Shown here piece by piece: positions 9,544 to 18,673 of a stretch of 64,000 nucleotides of DNA (position 1 is the stretch's first letter; each line of letters starts with the position of its first letter). A program made the position numbers and the translations under genes. The DNA is taken from contig OZ220732.1 of the NCBI GenBank assembly GCA_965116905.1, forward strand, positions 1-64,000, given 5' to 3'. This DNA comes from Longimicrobiales bacterium (lineage in GTDB: Bacteria; Gemmatimonadota; Gemmatimonadetes; Longimicrobiales; Gaopeijiaceae). The notes under the pieces were generated by a model. It worked only from the letters and a program-made list of their open reading frames with translations, was not told the origin of the DNA and searched no databases.

Positions 9544-11079
9544 TCAGGACTGCTGCGCCGGGAAGCACCGCCTGTACAGATCCTCCGCCACCTGCGCCTC
9601 ACGCTGCGAAAGGCGCGCGAACTCGCGGGTGCGCGCTCGATTCGACAACGTACCGTTGTTCTGCCGAAGAAAGCTCACCAGGAGGGTAACCGTCCTTTCG
9701 GGCATGTCCGCGATTTCGTCCTGAACACGTCGCGAGAACTCGTCGTATCCCTCGAGGTACGCGACTTCACGGGGGAGATCCAGGGTCACCGTCTCTTCGA
9801 CACACTTGTAGAGGAACTCGGCGTGCGGCGTAGCGTCGAAGAAGCGGTAGTAGTCCCCGGTGTCGTTCAGGACTTCGACGTTGCGCCCCGTGGTCGGGCG
9901 CCACTCGACCAGGCGAAGCAACTGCAGCGAATAGCTCGACAGGACCTCACGGTATTCCGCGATCCGCCTCAGCATCGGGACGCTGACGGGGAAGACCAGA
10001 TTCGGCGGGTTGTAGCCCGCCCGGGCCAGCAAGTGATGGATCAGCCAGCGATGAAGGCGTCCGTTTCCGTCCTCGAACGGATGAATGTAGACGAATCCGA
10101 ACGACAGGGCCGCCGCCGCCACCACGGGATCCAGCGGTGCCGCCAGGGCCCGCCGCGCGTAGTCCACGAGCCCCTGCATCAGCCCGCGAAGATCCTCCGG
10201 GCGGGCGCTGATGTGCACCGGAATGGGGTCCATGGTCCTCCGGTCGCGCTCGCCGATCCATCCGCCCTCGGTGCGCAGGCCCAGGGTCACGAACCTGTCA
10301 TCGCCAATGACGATCTTCTGGAGGCGGGCGAGTTCGTCGACACCAGGATCGTTCCGTCCCGCTTCCGCGATGGCCTGACCCCAGCGCAGCTGTCGGCTGT
10401 GGGGTGGGCGCTCCCCTTCGATCTGAGAGGACGCCTTGCTGTCTTCGAGAAGAAGAAACGCGGCGGCGCGGCGAACGATATCGGAGTGGGTCCGCCCCAT
10501 GACCCTTCGAGCCTCCGCCTCGAGCCGCCTGTCTACAAAGCTGTCCAGTTGGGACGTCCGGCGAACCATCGGGCAGAACTGCCTGGTACCGGGAAGATTG
10601 TCCCGAACCCGGTGACGCCGTGAGAGCGGCCCGCTTTCTGGAGCAAACTGCAGCCTGGGGTTCACGACCGGAACGGCCTTCACCTTGCCGCAGTCCGGCA
10701 GGTCCAGCCGCGTCTCCATGAGCCATTCGTACAGAAACCAGATCCGGCGGCTGTATGCGCCGGTGGGCTTGGCGCGCACGATGGCAACCACCTCGGCCGC
10801 TTCGATTCGTCGGAAGAGAGCCCGCAATACCGAGAGGCTCACACCCTCCCACTTGAGAGCGAATTCGAGCTGGCCGCCGAGGCTCTTCCTGGGGGCAACA
10901 CCGGGGGCGAACATCCGCCACTCGTGCGTAGACACGGGGTGACGACGCCTGGCGATCGCCGCCAGACGCGACGGCAGCGGAACCGGCAGGTCGTACTCGG
11001 CGACAAGTGCCGCGTAGCCAGCTGGCGTCCCTGGTTCGGGCAGTGCCCGTCCAGGGAAGTTCCTGGCGGAAACCGTCAA
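9544..11079 (-). CDS. Fic-domain protein
   Basis: Canonical Fic motif HPFEDGNGRLHR; inhibitory-helix-like SSQIEG upstream; C-terminal HTH-like segment. Confidence 0.9.
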   Translation of the reverse strand: MTVSARNFPGRALPEPGTPAGYAALVAEYDLPVPLPSRLAAIARRRHPVSTHEWRMFAPGVAPRKSLGGQLEFALKWEGVSLSVLRALFRRIEAAEVVAIVRAKPTGAYSRRIWFLYEWLMETRLDLPDCGKVKAVPVVNPRLQFAPESGPLSRRHRVRDNLPGTRQFCPMVRRTSQLDSFVDRRLEAEARRVMGRTHSDIVRRAAAFLLLEDSKASSQIEGERPPHSRQLRWGQAIAEAGRNDPGVDELARLQKIVIGDDRFVTLGLRTEGGWIGERDRRTMDPIPVHISARPEDLRGLMQGLVDYARRALAAPLDPVVAAAALSFGFVYIHPFEDGNGRLHRWLIHHLLARAGYNPPNLVFPVSVPMLRRIAEYREVLSSYSLQLLRLVEWRPTTGRNVEVLNDTGDYYRFFDATPHAEFLYKCVEETVTLDLPREVAYLEGYDEFSRRVQDEIADMPERTVTLLVSFLRQNNGTLSNRARTREFARLSQREAQVAEDLYRRCFPAQQS

Positions 11080-11190
11080 CTCACAGATCTCCCCATCTGT
11101 CAGTGGATCTTCACAGAGTGGGGGATATTATCACATATCAGCTATTTTTGCAATAAATAATCACAGCCCGAAGGTTTCTGCCAGATCCCG

Positions 11191-12831
11191 CTACCGGTTC
11201 GAGCTCCCGCTTCCGCCGGCCGCGGCCTGTTCCTCCACGAAGCCCCGCGCCTCGTCGAGCCCCGCGATGCCGCTGCGTTCCTCCCACAGCGCAGCCACCT
11301 TCGAGTAGTTCTCGAGCGCGACCATCGTGTTGCCCATCGCGGCGTTCGCCCGGGCCAGGCCCAGAAGCGAGCGCGGGCGGCCGGCCATGCGCATCAGCGA
11401 CGTCTCGAACATCTCCGCGGCCTCCTCGGGCCGGTCGAGTTCGAGGAGCAGCTCGCCATAGAGCTCGTGCACGGGCTTCACCGGGTTGGCGGAGCCGCGC
11501 GGCGGCGCCATGGCCTCGACCGTCTCCACGGCCTTGTCCATGAAGCCGGTGGCCATGTCGGCGTGGCCCATGCCCTGGTGCAGCAGCGCGCTCACCTGCA
11601 TGTGCATGACATGGTCGTAGCCGGTGCCGTCGGACTGCTCGGCGAGCGCCTTCTCGGCGGCCGCAAGGGCCTCCTGGTCGCCGGTGCGGGCCGCGCTGAG
11701 GCCGATGGCGAGCAGCTCGTTGGTGCGCATGTCATCGGTGATGGGCCGCACGTCCCACTCCTCGGTCTCGACCGTGTAGCGGGACTTCAGGAGCGGCACG
11801 GCACCCCGCGCCCGGGCCGCCCCGGCCGCGCCACGCGCCCCGCCGACCTCGAAGCCCTCGTGCTCGACCATCGACTCGATGCGCTCGATCCACAGCCGTG
11901 CCTTCTCGTAGTCGCCGCGCTGCAGGTCGCCGTACTGTCCCCAGTCCAGCGAGTGCACCGCGTCGCCCAGCGCGTCGCCCGGCTCCCAGAGTTCGACCGC
12001 GACATCGTAGGCCGACTGGTTGTGACCCGAGACCAGGTCCCACATGCCGTGCTGGATGAAGATGTGCGTGGGCATGTGGCGCGCGTGCGACACCGCCGGG
12101 GCGATGTCAGCGAACGCGTAGGCGGCCTCCAGCGCCAGCGGCGCATTGATCGGATGGTCGAAGGAGTGGATCGTGTAGTGGGCCGCGCCCGGGTGGACCG
12201 GGTTGTCATTCAGGAGCTTGAGCGCGATCGTGCCGGCGCGGATGTTGTAGCGCTCGGTCACGTTGTCGTTCAGGCGGTTGACGCCCAGCAGCGACAGCGC
12301 GTAGAAGGCCGCGATCTCGGGGTCGTCCGGGTAGGCCTCGTGCAGGTCACCCATCGCCTCCATGTACTCGAAGCGGCGCTTGGTGTGGTCGCCGTCGCCC
12401 CAGAGGATCTCGACCGCGCGCATCAGCCCCTTCTCCCGCTCGGTGGGCGCCTTGGCGATGCGCTCCTCGGGTGTCGGCGCGAGGCGTTCCAGGGCCTTCC
12501 TGGGCTCCGTCGGGTCCATGTTGGTGACCAGCGGATGGTTGTAGGCGAGCGATTCGCCCCAGTAGGCCAGCGCGAAGTCGGGCTCGATCGCCTGGGCCGC
12601 GTGGAACTGCTCGCGGGCCTGCTTCCAGCCGAAGCTGTGCAGGATCGCGACGCCGCGCAGGAAGTGCATCTGCGCCTCGCCGGTCGCCGAGGTGGGGAAG
12701 TCGATGACGCCGACTTCGTCGAACTGCGCCTGCGCTCCGGGCGGGGCGGCCAGGGCAGCCAGGACAAGGGCAGCGGCGGCGGCCGCGCAGCGAACGGTCG
12801 TGCTCGATCTCTTCATTTCGATCATCCTCAT
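11191..12831 (-). CDS. Exported TPR-like all-helical protein
   Basis: Signal peptide ending AQA; FLRGVAILHSF, PDFALAYWGE, HPGAAHYTIH, HARHMPTHIF motifs. ATG 12831 overlaps the upstream TGA (ATGA). Confidence 0.8.
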   Translation of the reverse strand: MRMIEMKRSSTTVRCAAAAAALVLAALAAPPGAQAQFDEVGVIDFPTSATGEAQMHFLRGVAILHSFGWKQAREQFHAAQAIEPDFALAYWGESLAYNHPLVTNMDPTEPRKALERLAPTPEERIAKAPTEREKGLMRAVEILWGDGDHTKRRFEYMEAMGDLHEAYPDDPEIAAFYALSLLGVNRLNDNVTERYNIRAGTIALKLLNDNPVHPGAAHYTIHSFDHPINAPLALEAAYAFADIAPAVSHARHMPTHIFIQHGMWDLVSGHNQSAYDVAVELWEPGDALGDAVHSLDWGQYGDLQRGDYEKARLWIERIESMVEHEGFEVGGARGAAGAARARGAVPLLKSRYTVETEEWDVRPITDDMRTNELLAIGLSAARTGDQEALAAAEKALAEQSDGTGYDHVMHMQVSALLHQGMGHADMATGFMDKAVETVEAMAPPRGSANPVKPVHELYGELLLELDRPEEAAEMFETSLMRMAGRPRSLLGLARANAAMGNTMVALENYSKVAALWEERSGIAGLDEARGFVEEQAAAGGSGSSNR

Positions 12832-14204
12832 GCTTCGGCCACTGCCGCGGCCATGTTGTTCAATGCCCTCTCTACAATAGCACGCGGAGAGGCCAGGTTC
12901 ATGCGCATGTATCCGCCTCCCCCCGTTCCATAGTTGGAACCCGGGTTGAGGAACACGCCGGCGCGCTTGGCGAACCAGCGCTGCACGATCTTTTCGGCGG
13001 TGACCTCGTCCGTGCCCTCGGCGGTCTCGCGGGCGGCGGTCTCGGCGGCCCCGATCCGGTCGGCGAACTCGGCGACGTTGAACCACGCGAGGTAGGTGCC
13101 CTGCCCCTTGTGGTGGGTGATCCCGGGCAGGTTGTCGCGGACGAACGACGTGGCGAAGTCGTGGTTGGCGTCGAGGTACGCCAGCAGGTCGTCGAGCCAG
13201 GGCTCGCCCTCCTTCAGCGCGGCGCGGGTGGCCACCATGCCCAGCGTGCTGAGGTCGGCGCGGGTGTTGAGCTTGATGCGCGCCAGCAGGTCGGGGTTGG
13301 TGGCGTGGTACCACGCGACCTTCATCGCGGCCAGGCTGAACGACTTGCTCGCAGACTTGAAGGTCAGGCTGTTGTCGACGAGTTCGCTGTCCAGGCTGGC
13401 GAACGGCGTGTAGGTGTTGCCGCCGGTGACGAAGTCGCAGTGGATCTCGTCGGCCAGCACGATCACGCGGTGCCTGAGGCAGATCTCGCCCATCCGGGTG
13501 AGGTCCTCGGGCGACCAGCAGTTGCCGGTCGGGTTCTGCGGGTTGCACAGAATGAAGGTGTTGCACCGGCGCGCGCGGCGCTCGAAGTCGTCCCAGTCGA
13601 TCGAGTAGCGGCCGTCGGCGTCGACGAGCATGGGGCTGTCGTCGGCCACCGTGCGGCTGAAGCGAACGTCGGTGTAGAAGCCGGAGTAGGTGGGGGTCTG
13701 CAGGAGGACCCGGGTGCCGGGGGGCGAGAAGGTGTGGAGGGCCGCGATCAGGCCGGGGTGGACGCCGGTGGTGAAGACGATGGTGGAGGGGTCGACTTCG
13801 ACGCCGTAGCGGCGGTGGTTCCACTCGGCCACCGCCTCTGCATAAGAACCGGGGCGGTGCATGTAGCCCCAGTTCTCGTGCATACATCGCTCGGCCAGCG
13901 CGCGGGTGACGCAGGGTGCCGCGCGGAAGTCCATGTCCGCGACGCCCATGCCGGCCACGATCCCGTCGCCGAACTGGTCGACCGCGCGGTCCCAGCGCAC
14001 GCTGTCCGTGCCCATGCGGTCGTAGACCTCGTCGAAGTCGTAGTCGTCGGGGTTGGGGGGGGAGGATGGGGTGGGCGGGTGCGGCCGGGAGGGGGCATGC
14101 GCTGCCGCCGTCGAGGCACCGGCCGCGCCGGCTGCGCCGACGATGGCCGTGGTTCCCGCTTTTCTGAGGAATGTCCTGCGGCTCAGGCCTGTACGTCGCG
14201 GCAT
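12828..14204 (-). CDS. MalY/PatB-family PLP-dependent C-S lyase/aminotransferase with Tat signal
   Basis: MGVADMDF, LCNPQNPTG, ADEIHCD, SASKSFSLA (PLP Lys), RMN. N-terminal SRRTFL plus an Ala-rich h-region. Confidence 0.9.
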   Translation of the reverse strand: MPRRTGLSRRTFLRKAGTTAIVGAAGAAGASTAAAHAPSRPHPPTPSSPPNPDDYDFDEVYDRMGTDSVRWDRAVDQFGDGIVAGMGVADMDFRAAPCVTRALAERCMHENWGYMHRPGSYAEAVAEWNHRRYGVEVDPSTIVFTTGVHPGLIAALHTFSPPGTRVLLQTPTYSGFYTDVRFSRTVADDSPMLVDADGRYSIDWDDFERRARRCNTFILCNPQNPTGNCWSPEDLTRMGEICLRHRVIVLADEIHCDFVTGGNTYTPFASLDSELVDNSLTFKSASKSFSLAAMKVAWYHATNPDLLARIKLNTRADLSTLGMVATRAALKEGEPWLDDLLAYLDANHDFATSFVRDNLPGITHHKGQGTYLAWFNVAEFADRIGAAETAARETAEGTDEVTAEKIVQRWFAKRAGVFLNPGSNYGTGGGGYMRMNLASPRAIVERALNNMAAAVAEA

Positions 14205-14389
14205 GGAGTGGCCTCCCTGGTTCGGCGCGCCCCGCCCCTCAGTGGGCGGTCCATCTGTCAGGCGCGCCCTGTTTGTGCGCCCTCTTGCTGTTCCCCCTTG
14301 CCGTTAGAGTGCGGGTTGGAGGGGTCGGTGCGCAAGAAGCGGGACGACGGATGAGACCCACCCAGGTCGCTCCTGCCTGCACCCATGCG

Positions 14390-14570
14390 TCAGGTGGTCG
14401 GCGGCCGTGCCAGGAGGGGTCGTGCCTCGTCCGGCGTGACAATCGGTATCTCGAAATCGCGCGCCAGAACCAGGAGGTCCTGATCGCCGGTCACCAGCGC
14501 GTCCGCTCGGCCAACGACAGCCAGCTCGAGGAACGGACGGTCGAACGGGTCGCGGCACGCGGGCCACCCC
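14390..14570 (-). pseudogene. 3' remnant of a PIN-family toxin gene
   Basis: Manual translation WPACRDPFDRPFLELAVVGRADALVTGDQDLLVLARDFEIPIVTPDEARPLLARPPTT* resembles the PIN C-terminal CRDP.D..FL.LA..G.AD.LVTGD.DLL pattern. No N-terminal half; in-frame stops just upstream. Confidence 0.8.
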
Positions 14571-14588
14571 CCGCTGGCGGGCGCGTGT

Positions 14589-14620
14589 ATGATAGCATTA
14601 TGCTATTATTTTGCTATCAT
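14589..14620. promoter_or_regulatory. AT-rich nested inverted repeat, probable orphan TA operator
   Basis: ATGATAGCA(14589)...TGCTATCAT(14620) 9-bp arms, with inner ATAGCAT-T-ATGCTAT. Lies directly upstream of the PIN remnant. Confidence 0.6.
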
Positions 14621-15831
14621 TCCTTCGCCCGTTCGAGCCTCCAGATGTCGACATGGTCGAGTTCCAGCTCGTCCTGGCGGATCGTAGCGACGTAGTCCCC
14701 GCCGAAAACGGGGACGGTGCGGTCCTTGTACGGAACGGCGGGCACGCTGCCGACCAGTCTGCCGGCCGGGTCGAAGAACTCCCAGCGGTTGCCGGCGGTG
14801 CGGATCACGTCGACCCACAGGTTGCCGTCGGGCGCGACGAAGATCTCGTCAATGAAGGGTTTGCGGTCCGGCCGGGCGAAGGTGCGGGGATTGCAGGAGG
14901 CGTTTGGAAACCGTTCCCGGAACACGTCGTGCTCTTCGCTTCTGCCACCGGCCCACTCTTCGTCGGAAATCGGCTCGGTCGGCAGGGTGCGCTCGATGAC
15001 CCACAGGGTGTCGCCGGCCGTGTTCGTCACGGCGATCTGATAGAAGTATCCCCAGGCGGAGTAGGCGATGCCGCCGGAGGCCGGATGCCGGAGGGACTTC
15101 GGAGCGAATGGGGCGGCAAAGTAGCCGATCGCGCCGCCGCCCTCGCAGAACATGGGGGGAATCGCGCCGGGAAGGGGGGTCTCCGGACTGCGCGGCCCAG
15201 GCACGGTGTCGCCCGTGTCTCCGGTTGCGTGGTGGCCCACCCAAATCGCCTCGCGCTCAAGGCTGTAGGCAAAGCGAAAGATCTCGTTCGGGCCCACGGG
15301 ATAGAAGCGGATGAAGGCGGGCGATCCCGAGAACCCGGCCATCACCGTCGTTCTCTGACCGAGCCACTCCCCCTCGGCCGAGAATTCGCCGATGCGGCCC
15401 AGGCGCGGATCCAGAGTGAGCAGCCGGTCGCCTGCCCAGGCGAGCGAATAGAGGCTCCGGAACTCGCCCGGTCCCTCACCCTCACGACCGAACGTGCGCC
15501 GATGTGTGCCGTCGAGACCGAACACCCGCACCTCGCGGTTGTATTCGTCCGCCACGAACACGGTCCCATCGGGGCCGAACGCGACCGCGCTGACCCCGCC
15601 GAATTCGTCGGGGGCGGCCTGGTCCGTGAGCGTCGTCGGCCCGATCGAGGCAACCGGCACGAGACGCCACCCGGGCGCGGTGCCGGCGTTGGTCACGTGG
15701 ACGACGCCGGCGATGGTGTCGACGGTGGTGGTGAGGCTGCCGGCGCCTGAGGCGGTGCCGTGTTGATCGCAGGCTGTGAGCGCGACTGTCACGACCAGCA
15801 GAGGCACCGGAGGGAGGACGGCCCGCAACAC
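14617..15831 (-). CDS. 6-bladed beta-propeller (NHL-like) lipoprotein
   Basis: Lipobox LTAC; VFVAD...VRVFGLDG...FGREGEGPGEF; PDGNLWV...FFDPAGRLVG. Confidence 0.85.
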   Translation of the reverse strand: MLRAVLPPVPLLVVTVALTACDQHGTASGAGSLTTTVDTIAGVVHVTNAGTAPGWRLVPVASIGPTTLTDQAAPDEFGGVSAVAFGPDGTVFVADEYNREVRVFGLDGTHRRTFGREGEGPGEFRSLYSLAWAGDRLLTLDPRLGRIGEFSAEGEWLGQRTTVMAGFSGSPAFIRFYPVGPNEIFRFAYSLEREAIWVGHHATGDTGDTVPGPRSPETPLPGAIPPMFCEGGGAIGYFAAPFAPKSLRHPASGGIAYSAWGYFYQIAVTNTAGDTLWVIERTLPTEPISDEEWAGGRSEEHDVFRERFPNASCNPRTFARPDRKPFIDEIFVAPDGNLWVDVIRTAGNRWEFFDPAGRLVGSVPAVPYKDRTVPVFGGDYVATIRQDELELDHVDIWRLERAKE

Positions 15832-15834
15832 GGG

Positions 15835-17016
15835 TCACCGAATCTCCGCGGGCAGCCTGCGCACGACCACCGTCTGGACGTCCAGGTCGTTTCTCCGAAC
15901 AAAGGCGACCAGTCCGTCCGGACCGAAAGCGGAGGGCAGGCCTGTTGCGTCCGGCGCGAAGGATCCGAGATAGCGGCCATCCGCCGTGATCAGGTCGATC
16001 GGCCCGTTGCTGCCGGGTTCGGGACCGCTGCGTCGTACCCAGATCGTACCTCGCGGACTCGTCCGGAGACTTCGAACGAGGGGGATTTCGTGGTAGAACT
16101 CCGCCGACTCGAGTTCGGCTCGCAGGAACTCGGCCATGGCCTGCTCCGTCGCGTTGCCCCGACTGCCCATGGCCTCAAGATCCTCCAGTTCGCGCTCGAT
16201 GTGCCCGGTTCTCATGGACTCCGTCACGGGTAGAGCGGGGAACGGCCGGCCCAGGACGCGGGACACGCCCCCAACCGGCGCGGTAACCTTGACGGCATAG
16301 GCGGATGAATCGACGAAGGCGACGCCCCCATCGGGGAGTACCCCCACGCTGAGCCGGGGCGCGAACTCGAGGTCTTCCGGGGGAGCCCACACCGCAGCCA
16401 CCGTGTCGACCGAGGCCTCGTCGTCGGTCAGGCCATACCGCATGACGTGCCGGAGCGGTGGCCCATCCGAGTCCGGGGCCGATCCCAGGTATCCCACTTC
16501 GCCGGTCGAGACCACGGCCGCGGACCCTGATTCGGCCTGCAAAGCCGGCATGATCACCCATTCGCTGGCTGCCAACCGGATCTGTCTCTCGAACTCGCCT
16601 TCCGGGCTGAAGATGACGAAGTGCCGGCGACTCGGGTCGAAGGCAGTGATGCGCCCATCGTGCAAAACGGCAAAGCTGATCGCGGACGAGGTGGCCCCGC
16701 CGAATTCGCCGGGACCCTCGCCCAAGCGCCCGAATTGGCGTAGCAGACTCCCATCGAGGCCAACAACGGAAAAGCGCGCGGCCTGGGTATCGAGCACATA
16801 CAGGTTGCCCGATCCATCAAATGCGACTTCGCCGACCCGCCCGAAGACGTCCCAGCCGTCCCCCTGCATCGACCCCACGCGGTACAACTCCTGGAATTCG
16901 GCCTCGATGAATCGGTCATCAGTGGTGATCTCGACCGTTTCCTGGCCCGAGAGCGGAGGTGCGGTCAGGAGGAAAACGGCCAGCGTGCAGCACCTGCTGA
17001 TCGTTGTGGATCGCAT
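15835..17016 (-). CDS. 6-bladed beta-propeller exported protein
   Basis: Signal peptide; FDGSGNLYVLD, FGRLGEGPGEF, GTIWV, DGRYLG. Confidence 0.85.
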   Translation of the reverse strand: MRSTTISRCCTLAVFLLTAPPLSGQETVEITTDDRFIEAEFQELYRVGSMQGDGWDVFGRVGEVAFDGSGNLYVLDTQAARFSVVGLDGSLLRQFGRLGEGPGEFGGATSSAISFAVLHDGRITAFDPSRRHFVIFSPEGEFERQIRLAASEWVIMPALQAESGSAAVVSTGEVGYLGSAPDSDGPPLRHVMRYGLTDDEASVDTVAAVWAPPEDLEFAPRLSVGVLPDGGVAFVDSSAYAVKVTAPVGGVSRVLGRPFPALPVTESMRTGHIERELEDLEAMGSRGNATEQAMAEFLRAELESAEFYHEIPLVRSLRTSPRGTIWVRRSGPEPGSNGPIDLITADGRYLGSFAPDATGLPSAFGPDGLVAFVRRNDLDVQTVVVRRLPAEIR

Positions 17017-17024
17017 GATCACGA

Positions 17025-17609
17025 TCACTCCGGGTCGACCCGGGGTGTCACGACGAGAATCAACACGGGCTCTCCGGCGGTTCGGCGCGCCGATCCCAAC
17101 ACCACCGTCTGGCCGTCCCGTATCGTGACCGAGGCTTCGAGCAGCGGAGCCCGCTCAGTGCTACCAACCCGCGGGTTCAACTGCCGCGTGATGATGTCGG
17201 TGAGGGTAACCCTGGCTCGGACGGCTCCCGTTCCACGCGGTGATCTGACGTCCGCCCTGATCGTGAACGGCGTCTCGGAATCGCCCGCGATGATTTGCTG
17301 AGATCCCTCGCCGGTCACGTATGACTCTTGGCGGTTGTTTATCATCATGCCGACGTTGAAGACCGAAGTCGCCAGGAGCCGGTACCCCTCAAAGCTGAAG
17401 AGCTTCCTGAGCTGGCTTACGACGTCGCTGATCTCGGGATCCTGCTCAGTGAAACCGTCCGCCTGGATCAGTTGAAAAGTGAGCAGCACGTTGCGGATGT
17501 CTTCGGTGGAATACTGATTTGCCTGCGCGCTTGCTACTGCGACCAGACTCCCCACGGCCAGTGCCGCGATCAGCGCACATCGGATACTTCTCTTCACCAA
17601 CTCATACAT
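17025..17609 (-). CDS. Small exported protein with a secretin-like C-terminal beta motif
   Basis: ATG 17609 overlaps the upstream TGA. Signal peptide ending ASA; ends VTIRDGQTVVLG...LILVVTPRV. Confidence 0.7.
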   Translation of the reverse strand: MYELVKRSIRCALIAALAVGSLVAVASAQANQYSTEDIRNVLLTFQLIQADGFTEQDPEISDVVSQLRKLFSFEGYRLLATSVFNVGMMINNRQESYVTGEGSQQIIAGDSETPFTIRADVRSPRGTGAVRARVTLTDIITRQLNPRVGSTERAPLLEASVTIRDGQTVVLGSARRTAGEPVLILVVTPRVDPE

Positions 17610-17968
17610 CAGTCGCTCTCCTTTGGATTGAGCAGCCAAACCACGGCGATGTCGGGGTCGCTCGTGGGAAAGACCACGAAGGGCCCATCCGCCTCCACGT
17701 CCATCTCGGCCATCATGCTCGGGACGCGCTGCGCGCCCGTTGAAGCGATGGGCTCGCCGCTGTCCTCGATTCCTTCGTCCCCCACCAGGATCAACGCCGC
17801 GACGACCGCGGCCGCAACGAGTGTTCCAGCCGCCCGCCACCTCCACGCAGCCCTGCGACGCGCGAGTGCCCCCCGCCCGTCCTCCGCTGCCGGCAGCCCC
17901 TCAGCGATCTGCTCCGCCATCGCCGCGAGCACCGCATCCATATTCCGTTCGTCACGATTTTTCGTCAT
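17609..17968 (-). CDS. Single-TM putative anti-sigma factor
   Basis: Coupled to the ECF sigma gene by an ATGA overlap. Short cytoplasmic N-terminus, basic stretch, one TM helix (AAGTLVAAAVVAALILVG). Confidence 0.65.
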   Translation of the reverse strand: MTKNRDERNMDAVLAAMAEQIAEGLPAAEDGRGALARRRAAWRWRAAGTLVAAAVVAALILVGDEGIEDSGEPIASTGAQRVPSMMAEMDVEADGPFVVFPTSDPDIAVVWLLNPKESD

Positions 17969-18546
17969 CTCCCCACCCCTCCGTGTCCGTGGTCCCGGGC
18001 CAGCATCGCACTGCGCATCGTGCGCCGCGCGCGCAGCAGGTGCACCCGCGCCGTATTTGGGTTCATCTCCAGCATCTCGGCAGCCTCCTTCGGCTTGAGC
18101 CCCTGCAGGTCGACAAGATCGAAGACCTCTCGCTGCTTCAGGGGCAGCTCCCCGAGCAGCGTCCGAATCAGCCCCACTGTTCTCTTCATCTCAATGTCGT
18201 CGAGCGGATCCGCGATCCGGGGCTTCGCGGCCTGGGCGAGCCGCGCCAGCTTGTCGGCCAGCCGCCGGTTCCGCCCGCGTCTGCGCATATGATCCAGGCT
18301 GGCGTTCCGGGTGATTCGGTAGACCCAGCTCGTAACCTTCGATCGGCCATCGAAGTCCTCCATCGATCCCGCCATTTTCATCAACACGACCTGTGCGACA
18401 TCCTCGGCGTCATCAGGATCGCCGGTAATCACCAGAGCCCAACGGCAGATCAAGGGGCGGAGCGCACCCGCGAGCCTTCCGAGCGCCTCCCGTTCTCCCT
18501 TCCCGGCCCGCTGGGCCAACTCCAAGGTCTCCTGGTCGGAGAGCAT
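17965..18546 (-). CDS. ECF-type RNA polymerase sigma-70 factor
   Basis: Region 2 DAEDVAQ...FDGRSKVTSWVYRITRNASLD; region 4 LPLKQREVFDL...EAAEML..NPNTARVHLLRARR. Confidence 0.92.
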   Translation of the reverse strand: MLSDQETLELAQRAGKGEREALGRLAGALRPLICRWALVITGDPDDAEDVAQVVLMKMAGSMEDFDGRSKVTSWVYRITRNASLDHMRRRGRNRRLADKLARLAQAAKPRIADPLDDIEMKRTVGLIRTLLGELPLKQREVFDLVDLQGLKPKEAAEMLEMNPNTARVHLLRARRTMRSAMLARDHGHGGVGR

Positions 18547-18590
18547 GGCGCTCTCGGTCCTTAGTCCACTTGTGAGGGTTTGGGAAGTGG

Positions 18591-18617
18591 GACGCCGGCG
18601 GCGTGCGGATCGTTTAC
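18591..18617 (-). promoter_or_regulatory. Putative autoregulatory ECF promoter
   Basis: Minus strand GTAAAC-N17-CGTC, 45 bp upstream of the sigma ATG; fits the generic ECF AAC/CGT pattern. Confidence 0.5.
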
Positions 18618-18673
18618 CTGGCGACGAAGGGCCATCCCCGCGCCTGGTCCCGACCAGGGCCAGACGGGGCGAG

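Noticed and set aside
12832..13887. N-terminal extension of the 898-aa track ORF 11191..13887
   Set aside because: Arg/Pro-rich shadow frame overlapping the MalY gene; the real protein begins at the signal peptide near 12831.
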